Of a DNA stretch of 64,000 bases, positions 13,066 through 24,814 are shown piece by piece. The first letter of the stretch is position 1; each line of letters starts with the position of its first letter. Position numbers and translations under genes: made by a program. The notes below the pieces were generated by a model that saw nothing but the letters and a program-made list of their open reading frames with translations, did not search any database and had not been told where the DNA came from. The stretch is from Octopus sinensis (taxonomy: Eukaryota), in NCBI RefSeq assembly GCF_006345805.1, contig NC_043007.1, positions 76,570,001-76,634,000 of the forward strand, read 5' to 3'.

Positions 13066-13164
13066 TTTTCTTTGTTAAACTGAAATTACTTAATTTATAG
13101 CAAATTTTTTGTGTAGTGCTTTATGCAGGCTACTATATTTACATATATTTTGTATTTCGAATCG

Positions 13165-13420
13165 AGGGGAGTGAACGATGTAATCGCAAAGTACCGAAAG
13201 CACAAGTTCCACTGGGCAGAACATGTCGCAAAGTTCACAGACAACAGGTGAACCCGTACAGTTGTTGGATGGTAGCCAAGAGATCGGAAAAGTCTACTTG
13301 GAAGGCCTCCATGTCGATGTCCTCAAACAGTTTTATATCAAGATAGAAAAGAATGGTGATCAAGACAAAATTGGAAGCGTATTGTGACCAGCGGTTTTTA
13401 ACAATACTGTGATATTGTGA
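13165..13420 (+). pseudogene. RTE LINE 3' coding fragment
   Basis: KHKFHWAEHVAKFTDNR*TRTVVGW*PRDRKSLLGRPP matches the RTE C-terminal W.GHV.R...RW....W.PR...R..GRP. Confidence 0.75.
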
Positions 13421-13584
13421 TATTTTGTATTGCGATGCAGTTAAATATCTATAGTTGTATTCTACCCAGTTTCTATGAAGTTTCTATAGAGATTTTGTGC
13501 TTAGAGATAATTCTAATTTGTTAACATAAGAAAATCATATATTTATTTCATTTCATTTCATTTCATTTGGGTTTGAGTCCATGC

Positions 13585-16571
13585 TCAGGCCAAGTCGAAG
13601 ACTCCACCCTCAGAGTCTGGTGTGGTTGCCAGGTTGTATTCTCTGCTTAAATTTGACATGTGTAGGAGCGAGTTTGAGTCAGTTTGTGCTCGTTGTGTAT
13701 ATCCTGGGAGATGGGGTTCATCTCTAATGGTGCTTAAGTATCTATCCAGTTGCAATTTGAATGATTCCACACTGCATCCTGATAGATTTCTGACATGTAC
13801 CGGAATGGAGTTGAACAGTTGTGCTCCTCGAACCAACAGACTTGATTCTCGCAGGGTTTTTGCTGCCTGGCCAGCCTTTTTGTTGATTGGTGGCAGCTGG
13901 CAGCGTCTTCCGTGGCGCAGTGAGTGGTAGGTTTTGATACCAAAGTTTGGCACCTTCTGCTCTATCATTTTCCAAATGTATATAATTCGGTATCGCTCAA
14001 ATCTTCTTTCTATTGAGTACATCCTCAAGGTTTTGAGTCTTTGCCAATAGTCCAGGTCCCTCGTTTCTGAGAAGTATGAGGTAAAATTTCTTTGGAGCGA
14101 TTCTATCTTAGATAGTTGGCCCTTTGTTGTTGGTGACCACAACTGAGAACAGTAGTCAATCCTCGGAAGTATCATACTGTTCCAGAGGGTTTTCATTGTT
14201 GAGGCATCTCTTGATTTGAAGGTGCGCAAGATCCACCCGCTGTACTTTCTTGCAGTAAGACATACTGAGTCAAGGTGTTCTCTGAATTTTAGGTTGGTTC
14301 CCATGTGGATGCCTAAATCTTTCACATACTGTTTTTCCATTATTTGTTGTCCTGATGGGTTTCTGTAGTTTGTTGTATTTTTCAGATCTTGATCTGTTCC
14401 GTAGCGAATTAGTTCAAACTTCTTATCATTGAACAACATGTTGTTTGTTTCCTGCCATTTATATATGGTGGTCAGGTCCTTTTGTAAGGCCTCTGTATCC
14501 ACCTCGTCTTTGATTTGTCTCATGACCCTGGTGTCATCAGCAAAGGATGAGACGTTGCTGGTTGTATCTTCATCTATGTCAGAGATGAGGATGAGAAACA
14601 GGATTGGGCCGAGTACTGTACCCTGAGGAACACTGCTGGTCACAGGTGATGGTGTTGAATGGGTTCCATTCACAGTGACTGTTTGAGTTCTATTTGTAAG
14701 GAACTCGTGTATCCATGTACCAACTTTTCCTCCTACTCCTAGCTTTCGAAGTTTGTGACCCAGGATGCCATGATCTACCTTGTCAAATGCCTTGGCAAAG
14801 TCGAGGTAGATAACATCTGTGTTGTATCCATTCTCTAGATTTTCTAGGATTTGGTCATGGTGTGCCAGTAGTTGGGAAAGGCATGATCTACCTAACCTGA
14901 ATCCATGCTGGTTGCAATTCATCAGATTGTTGGATTCCAGGAACTCAACCAGTTTTCCACGAACTATTCTTTCGAAGACCTTGATAATGTGTGATGTCAG
15001 TGAGATTGGTCGGTAGTTCTTTGGTTTTGATTTGCTATCCCCTTTATGTATTGGAGTTATGTGTGCTTCTTTATATGTATTTGGTATTTTGCCATTCTCC
15101 ATAGATTCCCTCCATATCATGTAAAGGGGTTTCGACAATTGTGCCTTGCAGTTTTTAAGTATCATGGCATTGAAACCGTCAGGCCCCGCAGCCGAGTGCA
15201 TGGAGAGCTTGTCTATTGCTCTTGCTATGTCTTCTGGGTTGAAATCAATGTCGGATAGGGTAGGTTTAGTATGGTCGATATCCTTGAAGAATTTTCCTGG
15301 GTCATGGATCTTCATGGTTTTAGATGGCTCACTGAAGACACTTTCATACTGTTGACCCAACATTTCTGCCATTTCAATAGGGTTATTCACTACATCCCCA
15401 TTTTGTCTCTGGAGAGGTCCTATTGTTGACTTGGTGTTCGAGTATTTCTTTGCAAAACTGTAGAAACATTTTGGATTTTTCTTGATGTTTTCTATGGCTT
15501 TCTTTTCTGCATTGTTACGTTCTTCATCATAGTGTTGTTTTAGATTGTCTTCTAATCTGTATATTTGGTCAAGGACTTTCTGTAATTCATGTTTTGATGT
15601 CAGCTTAGATGTTTTGTTTCTTAGTCTTGACCTTTTGCGCATCAGGATCTTTCGCTCCCGTGGTACAGGTTTTTTTGTGGACTTGGTTTTCTTTAGAGGA
15701 ACATTTTTTTCACATATTTCTTCGATCTTGTTTAAGAATTCTTGTGTTTATCTGGCCCAGTAAGGTAGAGATCCCAGTCAATGATTTGTAACAGGTTGTT
15801 AATAGTTTCCCAATTTGCCTGGTGATAATCATACCTGCATAGCTTTGGCATGTCCTTTTGTTTAAGAGTTGTGGCATTGGGCTCATTACCAATGTGTAAA
15901 TGCATTTCAATAATATTGTGGTCTGAAAGGATTGTTGGGGTTGAGTGAAGGTCAAATAGCGTGTCCTCGTTGTTGGTGAAAACCAAGTCGATCGTATTAT
16001 TATTTCTTGTTGCTTCTGTCATCATTTGTTTGAGGTATAATTTCTCTGTGACTTCCAACAGTTTGGCTGCCTGTATTTGTTCAGCTTTTGTCCCCAGTTT
16101 TAGTATGTGTCCATGTGGCCAGATGATGTTAGGGAAGTTGAAGTCACCAAGGAGGATAATGTCTGGCATTGGACTTGCCATGTTTCCCAGAATTTGTTGG
16201 AGCTTCGTCAGTGGCTCAGTGAAGGATAATGTTGGGCTGTTTGGCGGTCTGTACATTATTGTTACAACTGTATTAAGTTGGATGATTTTTATGCACAGCA
16301 GGTTGCAGTAGGCATTTGATTCATTGACAAGTTCTATGCATGCATAGGTATCATGGATATACATGATAACGCCCCCATGGGATCTGCCTTGTCTATCACA
16401 TCTGAAGATGTTGAATCTATTGATTGTGATTTTGCTGTTGCGGATGTTTTCGTTGAGATGACTTTCAGTAATTCCAATTATTTTGGAGTTGTTTTCTGTT
16501 GCTAATTCTTCCAAGAAAGGGACTTTACACTGTTTTGTTTTCGGATAAAGACCCTGGATATTTGCTGTCAT
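13585..16571 (-). CDS. LINE ORF2 APE endonuclease + reverse transcriptase, one -1 frameshift at ~15734-15750
   Basis: APE: TANIQGL, ITESHL, ILLGDFNFP, NTIDLVF, SDHNII. RT: NYRPISLTS, YLDFAKAFDKVDH, VPQGTVLGP, FADDT, KDLGI. Confidence 0.93.
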
Positions 16572-17946
16572 TATGCTTGTTGTACCGGATACATCTGCCC
16601 TATTGTTGGCAAGACTGTTGTAGTTGCTGGGACTGTGCTGACTGGATATTCGGTCTGCTGGGCTGTCTGTATTTGTTGTACGTGCCCTGTAAGTCCAGGT
16701 GTCAGCCTTTGTATCAATGTTGCCTGGTTTTGCTGAGTCGTCTGTATGGAGTACAGCTGTTGTTGTAGTTGGTAGATTATGCCTAAAAAACTGCTTTCAT
16801 TCATTACTATATCGAATTTCTGCGAGTTTGGGTTTGTTACAGCTGATGTATGCAATTGAGTAGCATGATTTTCATTCACTGTTGAGCCATGACCTGGGTT
16901 CCGCATTTTTGGGAAATGGTTTTCATACCCTGCTGAGCCATGACCTGGTTTCCGCATTTTTGGGAAATGGTTTTCATACCCTGCTGAGCTTGGTCCTGGT
17001 GGTGTGGGTTCAGTAGTTTTTATGCGAATTGTACCCTTCCGGTGCATAAATTTGCAATTCTCACCAAAACATTCTTTTTTTCTCAGCGAATTGCGGCACA
17101 TCTTTGGGTGAAGGAGTTCACATTCTCGGCCATTTTGGCATCCTTTTTTTCGATCAGTACCGAAGTTGATATATGGTCTGCATGGTTTGGGGTGACTGTA
17201 CATGCACCCTGTACCTGAAAGACCATGTTTGCACTTGTTGCGCCTGTAATGGATACATACTGGCCTTCCTTCATTTGAGCGTTTGCTCTGGATCTGTTTC
17301 TTTTCGTGGGAAGTTTGGTCTTTTTCTGCAGGATCTCCTGTTTCTTGTTTTGTAGGTGTTTGCATGTCATTGTCTTCATTCTTGTCATTTACAAGAGGCA
17401 CTTGGATGGATGTGTGTGGCAGGATTTATTTGCCATGTCAGTTTCGCCAATCAATGTCTGTTTAGAACGGCCTGTCTGTGGTAGGGTCCTAGGTTCATTC
17501 GTTATTGTGGCCCTTGGTGAACAATAACTGCATAGCCAGTGTAGGCCTAGAATATCTGGAATGATGTGGTTATTTATCTTTTTTAAGTAGCACGCTTCGT
17601 GTATTCCTTGTCCACAGATGAAGCATGCCAAAGCTGGTTTTTGGCCAAATGTAATGCAGTACTGTTTGTCACACATTTTGCAAGTCTCCGGGAGGAAGTT
17701 TTCAATCCTTACTATAATCCAGTTGGTGAGGTTTGGTTTTGTGAGCTCAACTTGGACACCATCATTCAAGAAAGCTGCTGTTTTCTTTAACATCGTAAAC
17801 TTACAGTTGGTGAAAATATTTTTGTATATTGCTCCACTTTCCTGTTTGATATCATATTTCGATGAGATGATTTTCAATATGATGTCTGTGGCCAGGCAAG
17901 TGTTGCTCTCTGAGCTGGCAGTCCGTGGATTTCCGTTACCCGTCAT
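16571..17946 (-). CDS. LINE ORF1: PHD finger + three CCCH zinc fingers + Q-rich tail, one -1 frameshift at ~17390-17425
   Basis: C4HC3 pattern CKMC..CFIC.GQGIHEAC..WLCSYC; CCCH motifs C-x7-C-x8-C-x3-H, C-x13-C-x5-C-x3-H and C-x8-C-x4-C-x3-H. Confidence 0.85.
16884..16985 (-). repeat. 51-bp in-frame tandem duplication in ORF1
   Basis: SAGYENHFPKMR(K/N)PGHG occurs twice. Confidence 0.95.
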
Positions 17947-18007
17947 CGTTTATGTGGGCGGTGGATTGTGAATAGCTTGAGATTTAGAATTGTTTGACTT
18001 GAATGGA

Positions 18008-18247
18008 GAGGGGGAAGGAGCAGTGGTTGATTTTGTACACTGGCTGAGATAGTAGTAGTAGTAGCAATGGTACTTGAGTTGTTAGTGGAGCTATGGTGGT
18101 GGGATATGGAGAAAGTAAGGGTGGTTGGGATGGGTCACTGGCGAGGTAGAATGAAATGTTTGGCTTTGGCCACTAGGAGTAGTAACAGGAGGGGGAAGGA
18201 GCAGTGGTTGATTTTGTACACTGGCTGAGATAGTAGTAGTAGCAATG
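18008..18247 (-). repeat. ~60-bp direct repeat in the LINE 5' UTR (18008-18069 and 18189-18247)
   Basis: Identical except for one TAG unit; period 181 bp. Confidence 0.95.
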
Positions 18248-18412
18248 TTTTGATTTTCTATATTTTCTTGTAAGCGTATATTAATCTGCTACACGTAAAA
18301 CAGAAGTAGTTCCAACGAAAATGTGCTTTATACAGAATGAGTTTTATGATCACTACCGCTAGTGGTACTCATGATGATTGCGGGAGTGATATCGACAGCT
18401 ATTTGGTCAAGC

Positions 18413-18648
18413 AAATACCTATTTCTTTACTACCCACAAGGGGCTAAACACAGAGAGGATAAACAAGGACAGACAACAGGATTAAGTCGATTACATCGAC
18501 CCCAGTGCGTAATTGGTACTTATTTAATCGACCCCGAAAGGATGAAAGGCAAAGTCGACCTCGGCGGAATTTGAACTCAGAACGTAGCGACAGGCAAAAT
18601 ACTACTGAGCATTTCGCCCGGCGTGCTAGCAATTCTGCCAGCTCGCCG
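18413..18648 (-). mobile_element. tRNA-derived SINE (family A)
   Basis: Minus-strand head GGCGAGCTGGCAGAA (A box) and GAGTTCAAATTCC (B box); same family at 21188, 22595, 25590, 27150, 29407, 45710, 53220, 57645. Confidence 0.9.
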
Positions 18649-18939
18649 CAAATACCACCCCTGGAAAGTCATTTTGATTAGCGGCAGAAACAAGTCCAGT
18701 TCACAGAAGCTTCAAACATTCTGTCTACTTTCCACGGCACCTGACTAGCAGCTGAGTTACTGAGTCCCACCATCTTGCTAGTCCATGCTTCCTCTACACC
18801 TGTGCAAACTTGGAGGAGATGCTGTTGCTCTTTTCCTTTGGCCCTGCCAAGCAGGCGAGTTGGAAAGTATCCCAAACCTGAATGTCTATAGCTAGAGTCC
18901 CAGCAGGCGTCTTCTGCCTCAACTCTTCCGTTCTGTGGT

Positions 18940-19430
18940 TTAGTGCATTAATGAAAATATGTCTGCTTGACTCAAGACATGGACATACAACATGGAGCTG
19001 ACCACGAGAGAAACATGGACTTGTCAGTTCAACTATTAACAAACCTGTGGATCTAACCCTATGCCTTACTTATTCTGAAAAAGACAGTTTCATTGAAAAT
19101 TGAAAGTGTTTGAACTGAAATCACGTTCTTGATGGGATGCGAGAAATCCGTGGAAAGGAAACAATTCTTTGGATACAAACAATCATAATGATTACTTCGA
19201 TTGCGTGCAGGCACGAGAGTTCTGAGAGTTAGTATTGTACGTTTACGGAGTTTTGGTGCATCCAAATTTTGTAGCAACATAATAGGTGGTCCTACTTTGA
19301 GTTACAGATTGTGAGGAAAGAGAGCACTGAACTGGAACAAATTGAAAAATTCTATTGGATTGTTGGCAGCCTCGCTAGCATCAATTATAGTGTGAATTGA
19401 CTGATATTTCTCCTCTCAGTGTCAACAGAT
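18940..19430 (-). pseudogene. Helitron PIF1-like helicase C-terminal relic
   Basis: NPIEFFNLFQFSALFPHNL*LKVGPPIMLLQNLDAPKL and LTSPCFSRGQLHVVCP match the PHxLxLKVGxPIMLLRNL and CFSHGQLYVA motifs. Confidence 0.8.
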
Positions 19431-19449
19431 ACCTGAACTTTGCCCCCAA

Positions 19450-20400
19450 TTGGGGTAAAACTTTAGCAAATTAATATTTACGCGCTGAATCTTCAAGAAG
19501 GAGCAGTTTCCTTGCAAGTGTTCCAAGACTGTTGTCGCTCAACAACTACGGAAAATACCTGAGCACGGAGAAACATTCCAGAAAACCGATGTTCTGGAAA
19601 GACGGGACTGAACTTAGGAATTAGTGTGGGGCTGGAAGGAAAAGAGCTTGGACACCACATGGGAGACAAGAGGTAGAGAGACAAGTGAGTCGGGTGTGTC
19701 TGAGAGTAAAGTACGAGACCAGCCAGCTCCGATGAGTGGAGGCCAGAATAGTAGCGATAAGAATTTTAAAAAAGAAAACAGAGTAGAGGTGGTACGCCTG
19801 TGGGCAAGAGCCAAGATTGTGTCTGTTAGTGATTTAAATGCAATCGGTTAAGCTGCGCTTTTCTGGATGCAATCTAGAGCATCTGTATGCGTAGCAGCAG
19901 CGTCATCCAAGATATGGCAGCAGTACTACATTGTCTCACTTGGGCCTTAGGACTAGTCCTTGGATGCGATCGAAGCTGTGCTAAGGATATCCTTACGCCA
20001 GGAGAGACACTCGGTGATAATGAGGCGGCCTTTAGAGCGACTTTGAGGGTTGTAGTTGGGCGCTGCTCGTGTAGAGAGGGACAGCGCAGTATGTTTTCTT
20101 GATAAGAGAAATGTTTGAGATTGTTTACTGTTGAAAGAGATGAGATTGATACGACCCCACTGGAGGATGCTCCCGAGGTCTCCGAATATAGAATCAATGA
20201 AGGTTTGGCATTTGGTGTCTAGGTCGTACGTGATTATGTATTCTTAGAGAAAATTAAGAAGAAATGAAGGGTCGTGTATTCTATATATAAAAGTTGGCAT
20301 TGTTGGAATCTCGTTGGTGTATGGAAGAATGAGAGTAAGGTATGGAACTGAGTCTTGGCGAGCAGCTGAGTCATTGAGAGTCGGGTATAAAGATCCGTCA
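19450..20400 (+). mobile_element. degraded insertion, possibly Tx1-like LINE APE region
   Basis: IVSVSDLNAI resembles the APE GDxNA motif; lies between two helicase relics. Confidence 0.35.
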
Positions 20401-20469
20401 ATACATGCCTCACATATGTTGACGGGTTGCTGAGACAGCTTTGTTAAATGCAAGGCGTTTTCTCAGTTG

Positions 20470-20815
20470 TCTTCAAATAGATTTTTTTAAACATGTTTTC
20501 AACTCATCAGCAGCTGTGCTCTTTTCGATAACTGGTAGCATGTGCCTGTGACTCCAGACATGGTGTTAACGTTATGTCTGAGATTTTTTAAGAGGCGACC
20601 AAGAGTGACAGATGCAAGCCAGGGAGACATTGAAATACCATCTCATATTCTTAGCTTGGCTGCTCCAGAACTTCTGCCTGTCCAGATCCTTTGCGAATAT
20701 TGAACACGGGTCAGTGATTGGTTGAGTGGCAGCTTAAAACAGAATAAGCAGCCCAGCCACCTGTGAACAAAATTGCACCAATCTTAGATTTGGCCATTCC
20801 AATAGCAATTTTCAT
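20470..20815 (-). pseudogene. Helitron helicase relic (motifs Ia-III region)
   Basis: IGAILFTGGWAAYSVL, FNIRKGSGQAEVL and LPVIEKSTAADELKTCLKKSIW match helitron helicase. Confidence 0.7.
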
Positions 20816-21187
20816 AAATGATTGCAATTTCAGCTAAAATTAATTTGATCGAATGTGTTTTATATGCTCGACCAGAAAAATTGCAAAATTTATTCTTTCT
20901 TAGTCAGATGTCACCAATACTGTGATCCTTAAATAAGCTTTCCTAATCTGAAACCAAGAATAATTGGTTTCGATCTTTCATTTGTTGAATATCATGGCTG
21001 TTTGCCTGAAGAATCTCTACACTGAGAGAAGCAACTTTAGCTTGTACCATTTAAACACGGAGAATGCTGTAGCCATTCCAAATGTTCCAAATAATTTTGT
21101 TTTATTACACTGCACTCAACTTTCGGTATCTGACTTTCCACAACTGCCATAGCAATTCTAATGCACCCTCTACTCTCCCATGTAATC

Positions 21188-21604
21188 CCTATTTCTTTAT
21201 TACCCACAAGAGGCTAGACACAGAGAGGACAAACAAGGACAGACAAACGGATTAAGTCGATTACATCGACCACAGTGCGTAACTGGTACTTAATTTATCG
21301 ACCCCGAAAGGATGAAAGGCAAAGTCGACCTCGGCGGAATTTGAACCCAGAACGTAGCGGCAGACGGAATACCTATTTCTTTATTACCCAAAAGGGACAA
21401 AACATAGAGAGGACAAACAAGGACAGACATAGGTATTAAGTCGATTACATCGACCCCAGTGCGTAACTGGTACTTAATTTATCGACCCCGAAAGGATGAA
21501 AGTCAAAGTCGACCTCGGCGGAATTTGAACTCACAACGTAACGACAGACGAAATACCACTAAGCATTTCGCCCGGCGTGCTAACGTTTCTGACAGCTCGC
21601 CGCC
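21188..21604 (-). mobile_element. family A SINE with tandemly duplicated internal module
   Basis: Two ~185-bp near-identical modules followed (on minus, preceded) by the tRNA head. Confidence 0.9.
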
Positions 21605-21924
21605 TTTTCCTCATGTCATATGGGTGGAGGGACAGCTGTATGGATGACAGTAAAAATGTCAAACGTACGGCGTGTAGAACAAAAGAATATTGAGAAGATA
21701 ATATTCACTGGAGAAAGTAATAGATACAACGCTGTAGAAACGTGTAGAAATCGTTATGAATGTGCCATTATGCAAGGTGAATTTTGGCATAAAGACAAGC
21801 AGATTCGAAGGAAGGGGTACGGCGAATAAATTGACTCCAAGGTTTGACTGCTGCTTATTTTATTGATTCCAAAAGGACTGAACGAAAAGTCGACCTGAGA
21901 AAAACGTTATGAGAAAGGTCCAAT

Positions 21925-22590
21925 TTCTATCCCAAGCCATCAAGGACAAGAAGACAGACTGCACTGAGAAGCTTTTGAACAAACTCAAACATTTCTGCCA
22001 GGATCAGATGATGAACACACAGAACAAGCGTTGGCTTGCTGTGCCCCCATAACATGTACCGAGAGTGGTAAAAATCAAATATCCAGTCAACATCATGGTG
22101 TTTGGGGTGATCTCTGGTGATGGCGACGTTATGCCTCCATTCATCTTCCCACACGGCCTCACTATCAACACGGAGGCCTATATCAAGTGCCTGGAGGAGG
22201 TAGTGCTGCCCTGGGTGAAGAGGGTGGCTGCTGGAAGACCCTATGTTTGGCAACAGGACTCTGCACCATGCCACACAAGCAGTCATGGCTGTCAGACAAT
22301 TTCTGCTACCACATCACCCCTAAGATTTTGCCAGGTCACTCCTCAGACTGCAACCCTCTTGATTATTATGTGTGGGGTGCAGTTCACCAAAGATGAACTG
22401 AAGGCAAGGATTATGACAGAATTCACCAACTCAAACACGGAGACTGTTGAAAAGAGTTGCAGGAGACTCCGCAGTCGTCTGGAGGCCATGGTTGAAGCCA
22501 ATGGCGGCGATTTTATAGAATAAATTTACTCTTTAGTATTTCAAGATATTTTCATGTAATTTGGAAAATATATCTGTTAAAATGAGATGT
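21925..22590 (+). pseudogene. mariner-like DDD transposase remnant
   Basis: IMVFGVISGDGDVMPPFIF, YVWQQDSAPCHT, SSDCNPLDYYVWGAV, RSRLEAMVEANG. Confidence 0.9.
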
Positions 22591-23539
22591 CACTTAGCGG
22601 AATTCCGTCCGTCTTTACGTTCTGAGTTCAAATCCTACCGAGGTCGATTTTGCTTTTCATCCTTTCGGGGTCGATAAATTAAGTACCAGTGAAACCCTGA
22701 GGTCAAGGTAATCGACTAGAACCCTACTCCCCACCAATTTCAATGCTTAGCAGCATTTCGCCCGTCCTTACGTTCTGAGTTCAAATTCCACCAAGGTCGA
22801 CTTTGCCTTTTATCTTTACGGTGGTCGTTAAAATTCAGTACCAGTTGCGTACTGGAGTCGATATAATCGGCTTGCCCACTCCCCCAAAATTTCAGGCCTC
22901 GCACCTTTAGTATAAAGGATTTGTGTTGTTGTTGTTGTTGTTGCTGCTGCTGCTGCTGCTATTGTTGTTGTTGTTGTTGTTGCCTGTTATTGTTGTTGTT
23001 GTTGTTGATGTGATTGATGTTTATGTATTATTATACTTCACTTCACCCTTTTTACTCCGAGTCAATGCCCTCTCTCTTCACTCACCATTGTTTATGAATT
23101 TCGTCCACCTTATATTATTTCTAACGTATTCCTTCCCCCTGGCGAATACACTAAATCATTATTATTGTTAACATTTAATAATATTTACCATAACTATTCG
23201 ATCAATTGAATGCGTTGTCTTATATGAAAAACAATTCCATGATCGGAATAATGAGTCGAAGAAGCATTCAGCGGTCAAAGACCCCAGAGAAATGACGAAG
23301 CGGTGTCAGCTTGACTGTTGATGATGAGGTTGGCGCAATGGTGTGACGTGGGGCTTCGCGTGATGGGAAAGAGTGCAGGTGTGAATAAGAACTGGGTTTC
23401 CAATTGAAATTTATTCACATCTTGTCCAATCAGATTCTATCCAGTGTATAAATTTTAAAAAAGAGAGAAAGAAAAAAGTGAGAAAATGCGTGCCCATTGC
23501 ATGTTTTATATACGCTCCTTTTCTTTATCTTTTTCTTCA

Positions 23540-24630
23540 TACTTTACAGCTAATGTAAGACAAGTGGCACAAATTCCAATATCAGTAGCATCATCTGGGA
23601 TAGCATCAACACTTCTCGATGGGGGCCGAACAGCCCATACCACTTTTAAATTGCCACTACAATTCAACCACCAAGAAAACCTGACATGCAACATCATGCA
23701 TAGTTCAGACGAGACTACTGTTTTGATTGTTTGGGATGAGGCAACAACGTCGCATAAAACAGTTCTTAAAGCAGTGGATAGCACGATGCGAGACTTACGA
23801 TCACATAACATCAACATTGGAGGTGCAATTCTACTCCTTGCTGAAGATTTCCTTTGATATTTCTGCTTTGCTTTTAATAAGCCAGTATCACTCATCAATC
23901 ATAGTCCTTAAATAAACAACAGCAACAATGACAACAGAAATATAATCTGCAGGGGTTCCATCGTAAATTCGTCTGCATGGATTCCTTTAAGGAATCCATG
24001 CAGACGAATTTAACGCGTGCTTAAAGAAATTGTACCTGTGGTGTTTCATAACAGCGTTAAAACTAACGATCAACTTGCGATTCCACAGATGAACATCGAT
24101 ATATCAAGTGTTTGACACACTGCATCCAGTCCGGAAGAATTGTCGTCTTATGTCTACACCGACCTTTCAATCAACTACTCGAACTCAGACTGGCTTCGAG
24201 ATCGCGCTGTACTCGCACCGGCGAATTTAGCTGTCAACTCAATAAACACAGACCTCCTTCGACAACCTCCCTGTGATGCGCGCTGTTACTACTCTATCGA
24301 TTGGGTTACCGATCTCGACCAAATAATACAATTTCCAATCGAATTTCTCAACTCGCAAGACCTACCTGAACCCCCTTCCTATACACTTCACTTGGAAATC
24401 GGCTGTCCTGTCATCCTTCTTTATAATCTAAATGCACCTACAGTACATTATGCAACGGAACTCGACTCGCAATCCAGCAGATGATGGAAAAAGGTCAGTG
24501 AAACTGAGATAATCATTGGAAACGACAAAGTAAAAGCCGTCTTCATTCCCAAAATTCTGCTGACCCCCGACTAACTGCCCGTTCCCAATCAGAAGATTTC
24601 AATTTCCTATCAAACAAAGTTTTGCAATGA
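23540..24630 (+). pseudogene. Helitron PIF1-like helicase pseudogene
   Basis: VASSGIASTLLDGGRTAHTTFKLPL, LIVWDEATTSHK, WLRDRAVLAPAN, FPIEFLNS, LEIGCPVILLYNLN, VFIPKILLTP. Confidence 0.9.
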
Positions 24631-24763
24631 CTTAATCCGTCTGTCTGTCCTTGTTTGTCCCTTCTGTGCGTAGCCCTTTGTCGGCAGTTAAGAAATAAGA
24701 AACAAGGCTATAGATTTGGTTGACAGAAACTGAAAGACGACCGTCAAAAATGTGCGCGTGCTT

Positions 24764-24814
<51 letters not shown>

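Larger units (their letters stand above)
13546..18410 (-). mobile_element. near full-length CR1-type LINE
   Basis: ORF1 (PHD + CCCH), ORF2 (APE + RT), very short 3' UTR ending in (TGAAA)4 at 13546-13565; 5' boundary approximate; no TSD seen. Confidence 0.9.

Noticed and set aside
15732-15755. Programmed -1 frameshift in LINE ORF2 (also considered for ORF1)
   Set aside because: No X XXY YYZ slippery heptamer in the overlap windows; mutation or assembly error is more parsimonious
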